Below, one piece after another: positions 38,716 through 46,747 of a stretch of DNA of 64,000 nt. The position numbers were made by a program, and so were the translations under genes. Location of the stretch: assembly GCA_964384235.1 (NCBI GenBank), contig CAYLJX010000001.1, forward strand, positions 241,709 through 305,708, given 5' to 3'. The DNA comes from an uncultured Bdellovibrionales bacterium (lineage in GTDB: Bacteria > Patescibacteriota > Minisyncoccia > Moranbacterales > UBA1568). The notes under the pieces are model-generated. The model searched no databases. It was given only the letters and a program-made list of their open reading frames with translations, and was not told the DNA's origin. Position 1 is the stretch's first letter; each line of letters starts with the position of its first letter.

Positions 38716-39984
38716 CTATTTCAACGAGTTCTGAAACAGCTCGCGTATCTTGTCGTAGTTGTCGCCTCGCGGCAGGAGGATGTATCCGGCATTGCCGGTC
38801 TCCGTCGGGGCGTAGAGGAGTCCCTCCTCGGAGTTCTCGAGGACCTTCTGGTTCGGATTGACGTCGCCGATCTTCTGGTAAAGCGTGAAGAGGCGCTTCA
38901 TCTCCCAGGCTTCCATGTTGGTCGAGACGTTGTTGCCGAGACTGTCGAGCATGGCGTTCACCTTGGAGAAATCCGTGAGCGTTCCGGCGGAGAGCGCCTT
39001 CTTCTTGATCTCCTGGATCACCTGCTGCTGACGCTTGGCGCGCTCAAAGTCGTTGGAGGTATAGCGGGCGCGGGCATAGCAGAGGGCGGTCTTGCCGTCG
39101 AGCTGACTGTCACCGGCCGGCAGGCTGAAGTTGCCACCGCATTCGGAGTTCTTGTTGTAGCAGAGGGGATACTGGGCCATCACCTTGTACACGCGGGTCA
39201 AATCTCTCGGCTTGTTCTGGCAGAGCGGATACGGATCGTACTTCGGCGCGTAGAGGATGCTCGAGCGTGGCTTCTGACTGAACTTGCACTCATACATCTG
39301 CTGACCCTTCTCGTTCTTCATTGGATCGGTGAAGACAAGCGTGTCGCAGACGTGCGGCTCATGGAACTGCTGGGACTCGTTGAACGGCTCCGTCAGGCTG
39401 ACCGTCACCCCGCCCATGGCGTCCACCAGGTCGACGAACCCCTTGAAGTTGATCGTCACCGCGTACGGGATATCGAGACCGGTCACCTCGCCGACGATCG
39501 TTCGCATGTCTTCGATGCCGCCCTTGTGGTATTCGCGTTCCTCACCGAGGGCATAGACGGCGTTGATCTTGCGCTGTTCGTCGCGGCCCGGCACCTTGAC
39601 GTAGAGGTCGCGGGGAATGGAAATGAGAGAAGCCTTGCTTGCGTCCCCTTCGCCGTTCGATGGATGGATGGAGAGCACCATGATGGTGTCGGCCAGGAGT
39701 CCCCCGCCTTCGACACCCTCACCGCGCATTCCGAGAAGGAGGATATTGATACGGCCTTCTTCCTCACCCTTCACCTTCTGATCCACGCCCGGAAGCGATT
39801 TCACGAGGCTCTTGAAGATGTTGGCATTGCCGCCGGAAACCTTGTCGAGGATGAATCCCGTCTTCCAGATGAACGCTCCTGCCACGATGAGCAGGACCAC
39901 GCCGACAATCAGGGCGATTTTCCAGTAACGCTTTTTCTTGGGAACGTTTCCGGGTTCCGAGGATTGAAATTGGTTCAACGCCAT
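38716..39984 (-). CDS. LytR-CpsA-Psr (LCP) family protein
   Basis: N-terminal TM helix then the LCP domain (RINILLLGMRGEG...ADTIMVLSI...ISIPRDLYV). Confidence 0.75.
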   Translation of the reverse strand: MALNQFQSSEPGNVPKKKRYWKIALIVGVVLLIVAGAFIWKTGFILDKVSGGNANIFKSLVKSLPGVDQKVKGEEEGRINILLLGMRGEGVEGGGLLADTIMVLSIHPSNGEGDASKASLISIPRDLYVKVPGRDEQRKINAVYALGEEREYHKGGIEDMRTIVGEVTGLDIPYAVTINFKGFVDLVDAMGGVTVSLTEPFNESQQFHEPHVCDTLVFTDPMKNEKGQQMYECKFSQKPRSSILYAPKYDPYPLCQNKPRDLTRVYKVMAQYPLCYNKNSECGGNFSLPAGDSQLDGKTALCYARARYTSNDFERAKRQQQVIQEIKKKALSAGTLTDFSKVNAMLDSLGNNVSTNMEAWEMKRLFTLYQKIGDVNPNQKVLENSEEGLLYAPTETGNAGYILLPRGDNYDKIRELFQNSLK

Positions 39985-40020
39985 AACGAAAAACGCAAAA
40001 AAAATTACAACGAGACTCTT

Positions 40021-41166
40021 TCAGGAGAGCTGTTCGAAATGCGATAGAAGAAGCTCGGCACTCTTGTCCCAGGAGAAGGCTTGGAGGCGCGATTTCCCGC
40101 GCGTCAGACACATCTTCCTCGCTTCCTCATCAGTGCACACACTATACAATATATTTTCACAAGCGACAAGGTTCTTCGGATCGAAGTACAGCGCCGCATC
40201 CTCTCCCGTCTCCCGCAGGCTCGGGATATCCGATGCCGCCACCGGCACCCCGACCGCAAAAGCCTCCAGAAGCGGAATCCCGAATCCCTCGTACAGACTG
40301 GGGAACACGAACCCCCTGGAGAGCTTCATGAGCACGGCCAAGTCCTTCTGATCGACAAACCCAGGAAAGATGACGTCTTCCCTGATTTGAGTACGATCGA
40401 TCACGTCGTCGAGACGCGTATCGGCGTGGTGTCCCTGACGGTTGCCGACGAGCACGAGCTTCATCCCGGGCACGCGTTCCTTGAGACGCGCGAAAGCCTC
40501 GATCAAAAACGGGATGTTCTTGCGCGGCTGAAGCGTACCGACGGAGAGAAGAAACTCTTTGGGAAGCGAATACTTCTCACGGACCATGGCGTTTCTTTCC
40601 GTATCATCACTTTCCACGACGAAATCTTCTCCCAGGGCATTAGGCACGACCGCGATCTTCTCCGGATCAGTCCCGTAATACTTCACGATCTCGTCCTTGG
40701 TGAACCGTGACGGCGCGATGACAAGCGCTGCCCGACGAAGCGAGGGCGGGATGAGGAGATCAAGGAAAAATCTGTCCTTCCGGCCGATGAGCTCCGGATA
40801 CGCGGCAAAAGACACATCGTGGATATGTGTCGCGACTTTGGTTCGTCTCGGGACAAAGAATGGCAGTATGTACTGCGTGTGAAAAACATCGACATGGTGA
40901 CGGAACAGAAACCACGGCAGCGTCACGAAGTTCCACACGAAACGGTTGCGCCCGCGAAGCGACACGATCTCCACGTTTTCCTGTCCGACACAACCGAGCG
41001 TACCGTAGAGTGCGGCGACCTTTTCCGGCTCCCGTTCGTTAGTCATGAGGAGGTAGCGGTTCTTCTTGTCGAGCCGCAGGAGCGCCTTGGTCAGGTTGAA
41101 CACCACCGCCTCATCGCCGGTGCGCTTTTTGCCAAGCAGTCTGATGTCGATCGCAAAGGTTTTCAT
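40021..41166 (-). CDS. Glycosyltransferase family 1 (GT4-type)
   Basis: C-terminal EGFGIPLLEAFAVGVPV motif and the RKN motif. 381 aa. Confidence 0.8.
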   Translation of the reverse strand: MKTFAIDIRLLGKKRTGDEAVVFNLTKALLRLDKKNRYLLMTNEREPEKVAALYGTLGCVGQENVEIVSLRGRNRFVWNFVTLPWFLFRHHVDVFHTQYILPFFVPRRTKVATHIHDVSFAAYPELIGRKDRFFLDLLIPPSLRRAALVIAPSRFTKDEIVKYYGTDPEKIAVVPNALGEDFVVESDDTERNAMVREKYSLPKEFLLSVGTLQPRKNIPFLIEAFARLKERVPGMKLVLVGNRQGHHADTRLDDVIDRTQIREDVIFPGFVDQKDLAVLMKLSRGFVFPSLYEGFGIPLLEAFAVGVPVAASDIPSLRETGEDAALYFDPKNLVACENILYSVCTDEEARKMCLTRGKSRLQAFSWDKSAELLLSHFEQLS

Positions 41167-42752
41167 GACGGATTTCTATCATTTTCCATCATCAACGTTC
41201 CCAAAGCAAGAAACAGGAAAAAGAATCCCAGAAGGATACCGGAGTTGAACATGTTGAACACCGTGATGCCTGCCCAGACGGAAGCGACGAAAAGAAAGAG
41301 CGGCCGCATGTTTTCCTCTCCGCGAAACCATCCGTACACCGCCGCCGCGATCACCGAGAACCAGAAAACGACAAACGCGACCAGTCCGATGAGTCCGCTC
41401 CCGAGCCAAATCTCCAAGAACATATTGCTCGCGTTGAGTCCCGCACCGCGCTCATCAGAACCAAGGAAAGCCGCCGCGCTCCCCCATCCGATACCCAGGA
41501 GAGGGTGTTCCCGTATCAGGCCCCAGACTTTTCCATAGATTTCCTTGCGGATCGAGACGTTGGGGTCGTCACGGACGATTTCCTTCACGAAGTGCCCGGC
41601 AACTTTCTCCGCCTCGATATCCTCCAGATCGATGTGTCGGCAACCGAAAGCGGCAAGCTCCGAGACGTCACCGATCTTTTCCGGGAGCGCGACATCCTGC
41701 CCGCACGAGACCGTGATTCTCTGCAGTCCTGACCCGACACTCTGCACGCGGTTCCCAAGTTGGAACGACGTGAGGTGCAGACCCCATACCAACCCGAGTG
41801 CGATGACAAACGAAACAGCGACCGTCCCGACAAACACCATTCCCTCCCTGATCCGCCGCGAGAGGAGAAGTAATCCAGCAAACGTTACGGCACCGATGAC
41901 CGCCCCCAGCCACGCGCTCCTCGCCACGGTGATGATGAGAACGACAAACGAGAGGATAAGCATGACAGCCATGAGCCATGCCTTCGCATCCCGCATTTTC
42001 CGCATGATACATGATACATGATACATGATACTTCCCTGTTCTTTGGAGAAGAACGTCTGATACGCCAAAACATACATCACACCCAAGACTACGATAACGA
42101 AAAGTCCCAGCCAATCCGCCTCGCTGAACGTGGCGTTCGGCCGTCCGGCCATCACCTGAAAGCTTTCCTGCCCCGCGAGGAACCGCACATTCTGCCACAG
42201 GGCATAGCCAAAAACGACGAGCGAAGAACCGAGAAAAAACGGCAGCACCTGCCTGACATCCTCATACGATCGCAGATAGAGACGGGAGAGGAGATAGATC
42301 AGTCCGAACGACGAAAGTACCAGCGCCTGCTTGAACGCGAGCGCCAGGGACGGAGCGTTGAGACTCGCGAAGAACGCCCCGATCGGCACGAACGCGAGAC
42401 AAAAATCGAACCAGCGGAGACGAAGCGGCGCAAGCGACAGTCTCCCCATGACCAGGCGCACCGCGAGAGCGAGCGAGAGGAGCACGGCGATCCACTGATA
42501 CGGCCGAAGCATCATCCCGAAACCTTCCGGAAGGAGATTGACCGTCTCATAAGGAAGCATCCCGATGAGAAAGAGAAATACCCACCCCGGCCGATAGAGA
42601 GCAAAAAGAAAAGCAACGAATGAAAAGAAAAGAAAATTGACCGGATCAAGCGGCACCACACCAGTGTTTGCGAGCACGATCAACACGACGCCAAGGAAGA
42701 TATTCCCCAGGACAAGCATCAGTTTGTTCTGACTCCACCCGAAAAAATTCAT
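41163..42752 (-). CDS. O-antigen ligase/polymerase-like membrane protein (Wzy_C domain)
   Basis: About 12 TM helices and a periplasmic loop with the Wzy_C pattern (AGLNASNMFLEIWLGSGLIGL). Start overlaps the upstream GT4 stop (ATGA). Contains an in-frame (ATGATAC)x4 tract. Confidence 0.65.
   Translation of the reverse strand: MNFFGWSQNKLMLVLGNIFLGVVLIVLANTGVVPLDPVNFLFFSFVAFLFALYRPGWVFLFLIGMLPYETVNLLPEGFGMMLRPYQWIAVLLSLALAVRLVMGRLSLAPLRLRWFDFCLAFVPIGAFFASLNAPSLALAFKQALVLSSFGLIYLLSRLYLRSYEDVRQVLPFFLGSSLVVFGYALWQNVRFLAGQESFQVMAGRPNATFSEADWLGLFVIVVLGVMYVLAYQTFFSKEQGSIMYHVSCIMRKMRDAKAWLMAVMLILSFVVLIITVARSAWLGAVIGAVTFAGLLLLSRRIREGMVFVGTVAVSFVIALGLVWGLHLTSFQLGNRVQSVGSGLQRITVSCGQDVALPEKIGDVSELAAFGCRHIDLEDIEAEKVAGHFVKEIVRDDPNVSIRKEIYGKVWGLIREHPLLGIGWGSAAAFLGSDERGAGLNASNMFLEIWLGSGLIGLVAFVVFWFSVIAAAVYGWFRGEENMRPLFLFVASVWAGITVFNMFNSGILLGFFFLFLALGTLMMENDRNPS
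42004..42031 (-). repeat. Perfect (ATGATAC)x4 heptamer tract inside the Wzy-like CDS
   Basis: Encodes the peptide ...IMYHVSCIM.... The 28-nt tract sits in frame in an otherwise intact ORF. Changing the copy number by one unit would shift the frame. Confidence 0.7.
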
Positions 42753-43978
42753 ATCGTCATTTCCGAAAAAATCTTCTCCACGAACTTGTCCCAACTGAAT
42801 TGTACAATCTGGGCATGAGATCGGGCAACGAGCCTCTCCCGGAGTGCTTCATCACCGAGCAACCGCTCCATCCCCATGACGATCGAATCAGTATCGTGAG
42901 GATCGCAGTACTGTACCGCTTCACCCCCCACTTCCGGAAGTGATGAATTGTTCGAAGCAAGTACCGGCGTTCCCTTACACATCGCCTCCAAGACCGGCAG
43001 ACCGAACCCCTCGTAAAGCGACGGATAGACAAAGAACACCGCGCCGCGATACAGCGCCAGCAGATCTTCTTCCGGGACGAACCCCAGAAGCTTCACTTTT
43101 TCTTCCAATCCTAATTCCTTCACCAACCCCTCTACATCAGTCGCCAACTTATTTTCTTTCGAAAAAATTTTTCCAGAAATAACAAGAGGTGGGATATCGG
43201 CATTTTTTTGTATCTTGTATCTTGTATCTTGTATCTTTGCTTGAAGCATTGCATATGCTTCAAGCAGTGTCTTGGCATTCTTCCTCACTTCCAATCCCCC
43301 ACCATGATAAATGTAGCCCTGTTCGAGGCCGTACTTTTTCAAAACCGTGTCCACTGTCTCATCAGAGATAACTTCACGGAAACGCGGACTGACATCCGGA
43401 TACGCCACAACGATCCGTTCTTCCGAAAGACCGAGATGCTTCACAAGGTCTTGCTTCGTGGCTTCGGACACCGCGACGATCTGGTCTGCACTTCGGATGC
43501 CCCCCTCCACTGCCTTCCAGTGAAGCCTCTGTGACATCTTGCCTAAATATTCCGGAAACAATTTTGGGATGACATCATGTACGACCATTACATGTTTCAG
43601 CTTGTAGCTGGTAGCTGGTAGCTTGTAGCTTTCAAAAGAAGTTGAAGACTGGTAAAGAGAAAGGAAGACGTCACAGCCGTCGGCAGCGGCGCGCTTGGCG
43701 AGCTCGCGCTCCCAGAGCCACTTCCTCGGCACATCATCACGCTTCCACCACTTCGGGAGAAAACTCTTCACTTCAAAGTTCGCTGGAAGATCAATATTGA
43801 TGGGTTCTTCGGTATACAAAATGTATCTTGTATCTTGTATTTTGTATTTTGTATTCCCTTGATACGTAATACCGGATACATGATACTCGGTTAACTTTTG
43901 TAAAAAGTTAGCCGTTACTTGCCCGATACCGGTTCCGGGCTTTCTCAAAAATGACGCGTTGATACCTATTTTTTTCAT
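42749..43978 (-). CDS. Glycosyltransferase family 1 (GT4-type) carrying three in-frame heptamer-repeat insertions
   Basis: N-terminus MKKIGINASFLRKPGTGIGQVTANF and C-terminus EGFGLPVLEAMCKGTPV. Repeat-encoded segments are YHVSGITYQGNTKYKIQDTRYILY, YKLPATSYKLK and KIQDTRYKIQ. Confidence 0.75.
   Translation of the reverse strand: MKKIGINASFLRKPGTGIGQVTANFLQKLTEYHVSGITYQGNTKYKIQDTRYILYTEEPINIDLPANFEVKSFLPKWWKRDDVPRKWLWERELAKRAAADGCDVFLSLYQSSTSFESYKLPATSYKLKHVMVVHDVIPKLFPEYLGKMSQRLHWKAVEGGIRSADQIVAVSEATKQDLVKHLGLSEERIVVAYPDVSPRFREVISDETVDTVLKKYGLEQGYIYHGGGLEVRKNAKTLLEAYAMLQAKIQDTRYKIQKNADIPPLVISGKIFSKENKLATDVEGLVKELGLEEKVKLLGFVPEEDLLALYRGAVFFVYPSLYEGFGLPVLEAMCKGTPVLASNNSSLPEVGGEAVQYCDPHDTDSIVMGMERLLGDEALRERLVARSHAQIVQFSWDKFVEKIFSEMTI
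43209..43236 (-). repeat. (TGTATCT)x4 tract inside the GT4 CDS
   Basis: Four perfect tandem heptamers that encode KIQDTRYKIQ. Confidence 0.7.
43603..43630 (-). repeat. (KGTAGCT)x4 tract inside the GT4 CDS
   Basis: tgtagct ggtagct ggtagct tgtagct, encoding YKLPATSYKL. Confidence 0.65.
43822..43856 (-). repeat. (TGTATYT)x5 tract inside the GT4 CDS, near the N-terminus
   Basis: tgtatct tgtatct tgtattt tgtattt tgtattc, followed by gatacgtaataccggatacatgatac. Confidence 0.65.
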
Positions 43979-44004
43979 TCTTCTATTGTATCAAGGAAAA
44001 GAAA

Positions 44005-44046
44005 AGTTGAGAAAAGAAAAGCGCCCCCAAGGAAACCTCAGGGGCG
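44005..44046 (-). terminator. Intrinsic terminator ending the minus-strand transcript at 44.05-44.73 kb
   Basis: Minus strand hairpin gcgcccc-13 nt loop-ggggcgc followed by ttttcttttctc. Confidence 0.55.
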
Positions 44047-44413
44047 CGGTGTGTCTACGATGTAGGCGGGCGGACGATCGTCACCGATCAGTCGTGTCGG
44101 CCGGTACACAGATCTCAGCCGTGTAGTACCGACACCGTCGATGGTCGCGATCGTCGAGGGGTTGCGATGTTTCCATGCTTCCTCCTCGGTTGTGCGCGAT
44201 AGGCGGATGGCGCGGCGCTTCCCGACGTTGGGAGGGGCCGATGCCACTGGAGAAGTGCTCCCGGTGGCCTACGCGCGATTCGATGATACTACTTCTCTGC
44301 CGAGACGACCTCGGGGTCCAAAGGACAGGTGGTGAGCTCCAGTCAGCCTTTAGGCAAACTTCCGGAAACCGGACGCACACAGGCGAGACGTTCGCTCCCT
44401 TCCGACAGCAAAG
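44047..44413 (-). ncRNA. Candidate structured RNA (~360 nt), or structured 3' UTR of the 106-aa gene; family unassigned
   Basis: GC-rich (~65%) with no plausible ORF in any frame. Dense in stem-loops such as cttccgac..gtcggaag and gtgtcgg..ccgacac. Bounded by its own terminator and preceded by a strong promoter at 44766-44793. Not tmRNA, RNase P or SRP RNA by motif inspection. Confidence 0.3.
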
Positions 44414-44734
44414 CTATCCGGTCGGAAGCAGGCGCTCCCAAAAGGCCCAGTAGCAGCGGAGCCGCCACATGAAGAATCGGACTTGCCACGACCCCATGAG
44501 TCCCCAGGCGAAGTCCCGCTGTTTCGGGTCTTCGGGAATAGGGAGGATCTGAAAGAGGTTGAGGACAGCCCCATACAGCCCGCCGAAGCCCATGTAGTAC
44601 GCGGCCTTACGAAAAGCGTCACGACGCATCATGGGAGAAAAGCTGCTATTGAGACCATCCTGGATGCAAAGAACCGCTTTGCGGATAGCCACGTCATCGC
44701 TATCCGGACAAACAAGTACCGGTTTCTGTTTCAT
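44414..44734 (-). CDS. Hypothetical small protein (106 aa), Trp-rich C-terminus
   Basis: GGAGGA Shine-Dalgarno 8 nt before the ATG and a TTGCAA-16-TATACT promoter upstream. One hydrophobic segment. No family recognised. Confidence 0.4.
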   Translation of the reverse strand: MKQKPVLVCPDSDDVAIRKAVLCIQDGLNSSFSPMMRRDAFRKAAYYMGFGGLYGAVLNLFQILPIPEDPKQRDFAWGLMGSWQVRFFMWRLRCYWAFWERLLPTG

Positions 44735-44765
44735 CGGAGCTTCCTCCAGAAGGAACTTGCCCTAC

Positions 44766-44793
44766 AGTATACCGCCCGGGAAAATATTTGCAA
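44766..44793 (-). promoter_or_regulatory. Candidate sigma70 promoter (TTGCAA-16-TATACT)
   Basis: Minus strand reads ttgcaaatattttcccgggcggtatact. It drives the 106-aa ORF and the downstream structured region. Confidence 0.5.
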
Positions 44794-44797
44794 ACAC

Positions 44798-45676
44798 CTA
44801 CCGGAACCAGACGATGAGCATGGAGCCTGAGACGAGGAGTGCCGTGCCGATGACGTGGCGCCTCGTCACCTGTTCCCCGAACATCATGATCCCGAGAACC
44901 AGCGCGAAGAACGGCATGACCCGCTTGATGGCAAAGACTTCGCTCGCTTTGGCACTCTCCAGGGCGACCGTCGCCGGGCCGTTTTCGAGGAACGCGATGA
45001 CGAGACCCGCGAGAACCATCACGCCGAGTACTTTGCTCCACTGCCCGCTCATCCGGAGTTCCCGGATCGTCTGTCGTTCGTTGGTAAAAAGCACCAAGAG
45101 GAGAAACCCAAAAGCGATCCCGACATGAAACACTGCCGCCGAGAAAAGACCCGAACCGGACTCCGCCACAGCCACTCCCATGAAGACCGACGTGAAGGAA
45201 TATGAGACGACCGTGACGGCGAAATATCCCGTGACCGCGAGCGCCTCGCGTGACAGCTTCTCCTTGGCCGAAAAGAGGATGGCACCCGCCACGACCACCG
45301 CGATACCGACGATCTGCATCATGGTCGGGAGTGTCCCCCGCACGACGTATTCAAGCGGGACGATGAGGAGCGCCGTGAGCGAGATGAAGGGCATCAGTTT
45401 GGACAGGGCCGCCTTGTCGAGGGCGCGGTAGGCCGTCCAGGCGGCGAGCACGTTGAGGACGATGACCATCGCAGAGGCGAAGAAAAACCTGTTTGAAAGA
45501 TGCCCGACGCTCTCCCCGGACATACCATACCCGACCGCGAGCGCGATCCCTGCCACGGCAAAAGACACGAGACCGAGCGTGTTGTTGACACCCTTCTTCT
45601 CGAGCGACTTCTTCTTGAGCGCCCATCCGAACGCCTGCCCGAACGCGGACAAGAGTGAGAGAAATATCCAACTCAT
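44798..45676 (-). CDS. EamA/DMT-family transporter
   Basis: 292 aa with 10 TM helices and duplicated EamA domains. Confidence 0.75.
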   Translation of the reverse strand: MSWIFLSLLSAFGQAFGWALKKKSLEKKGVNNTLGLVSFAVAGIALAVGYGMSGESVGHLSNRFFFASAMVIVLNVLAAWTAYRALDKAALSKLMPFISLTALLIVPLEYVVRGTLPTMMQIVGIAVVVAGAILFSAKEKLSREALAVTGYFAVTVVSYSFTSVFMGVAVAESGSGLFSAAVFHVGIAFGFLLLVLFTNERQTIRELRMSGQWSKVLGVMVLAGLVIAFLENGPATVALESAKASEVFAIKRVMPFFALVLGIMMFGEQVTRRHVIGTALLVSGSMLIVWFR

Positions 45677-45787
45677 ATAATACTTTTCCTCAGCATATCA
45701 CCCCGACAGACAAAAGAAAAAGGAGAGGTCGGCGTTCCGTTGTTTTGGAACGCGTTCCTCTCCCTGCGAGGGTCGATGCCCTCTGAA

Positions 45788-46564
45788 TCAGACCTTCTTC
45801 GGCATGAACTTGGCAAGCATCATGCCGTGGACGTTGGCCGCGTTGGCCTGCAAGATCAGCTTGTCCGGCGTGCGGTTCGGCGAATGGCCGAAGCACTCCA
45901 GATAGGCTGCCTTGATGCGCGCACCCGTGCCGACGGCGATCAGATGGATCATCACGCCGTGGAGGCCCCACCGCGGAAACGACTCAGTCGTATTCTTGGC
46001 GAAGAACTCCTGGTAGCGCTCGAAGAACACCAGCGCATTCTCGACACGATGCCGTTGGTGGAGGTTGTAGCCCGGCGACTGGATGTAGAACATCCCGTCG
46101 ACACCGGCCATGGCCGCCTGCATGCCACCCCAGAAACGCATCATGTTGCGGTCGTTGTGGTTGGCATCGTGATCGGGAAAGATGATGCTCCCCACCACAC
46201 CGTCGCACTCGCCGCGCTCGATCATGCCGAGATGGCGGATCATGGCGTAGGGTGAGTGTTCGCCGTCGGCGTCCATGCACCCGACCACATCGGCGTCCGA
46301 GTCGGCTCCCCACCTGTAACCGGCGAGAATGTTGCCGGCGTTGCTGAGGTTCTTGGCGTTGTGGCGGACCGTGATCCAGGAGTACACCTCGCTGGCCTGG
46401 TCGAGCACTTCGCGCGTACCGTCGGTCGAGTTGTCGTTGATCAACAGGACCTCCAACTGGTGATCGTGTTGGTCCAAGATGATCTGCACATCGGCGAGCT
46501 CGTTGACGAGACGTTCCGCCGCTTGCGCGACGTTATACGCGGACGAGAAGATGCGGATCTTCAT
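45788..46564 (-). CDS. Glycosyltransferase family 2, DPM1-like soluble polyprenyl-phosphate glycosyltransferase
   Basis: 258 aa GT-A fold (LINDNSTDGT, DADGEH). No C-terminal TM helices. Confidence 0.7.
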   Translation of the reverse strand: MKIRIFSSAYNVAQAAERLVNELADVQIILDQHDHQLEVLLINDNSTDGTREVLDQASEVYSWITVRHNAKNLSNAGNILAGYRWGADSDADVVGCMDADGEHSPYAMIRHLGMIERGECDGVVGSIIFPDHDANHNDRNMMRFWGGMQAAMAGVDGMFYIQSPGYNLHQRHRVENALVFFERYQEFFAKNTTESFPRWGLHGVMIHLIAVGTGARIKAAYLECFGHSPNRTPDKLILQANAANVHGMMLAKFMPKKV

Positions 46565-46642
46565 TTCATGCCCTTCTCCCCTCTAAAGGGGTAAGTAAGT
46601 TGTTCGAGAACTGCTGCCAACACTCATTCATGTTGACCATAT

Positions 46643-46671
46643 AGTATAGCACTTTTTTGATAAAAAGTCAA
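46643..46671 (-). promoter_or_regulatory. Candidate sigma70 promoter for the GT2 gene at 45788-46564 (TTGACT-17-TATACT)
   Basis: Minus strand reads ttgactttttatcaaaaaagtgctatact. Partly palindromic with the plus-strand ttgacc. Confidence 0.5.
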
Positions 46672-46691
46672 TATCAGTCGGAGAGCTTGGT

Positions 46692-46720
46692 TTGCTAATT
46701 TTCGCTCTTTTTCGTACAAT
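46692..46720 (+). promoter_or_regulatory. Candidate sigma70 promoter for the + strand glycan operon (TTGCTA-17-TACAAT)
   Basis: AT-rich island upstream of the dehydrogenase gene; tttgctaattttcgctctttttcgtacaat. Confidence 0.45.
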
Positions 46721-46747
46721 AGAAGCAATATTCTCTAAGGTTTCTCT

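Noticed and set aside
37927-40047. 706-aa plus-strand ORF spanning the GT2 and LCP genes
   Set aside because: Antisense to two well-supported minus-strand genes. Composition dominated by E/D/R/G/L.
44047-44413. tmRNA, RNase P RNA or SRP RNA identity for the structured region
   Set aside because: No tRNA-like 3' end (GGUUCGAnUCC), no tag-peptide reading frame ending in a stop, and no P4 motif GGAAAGUCCGG or SRP domain IV motif could be found by eye. Left as an unclassified candidate.
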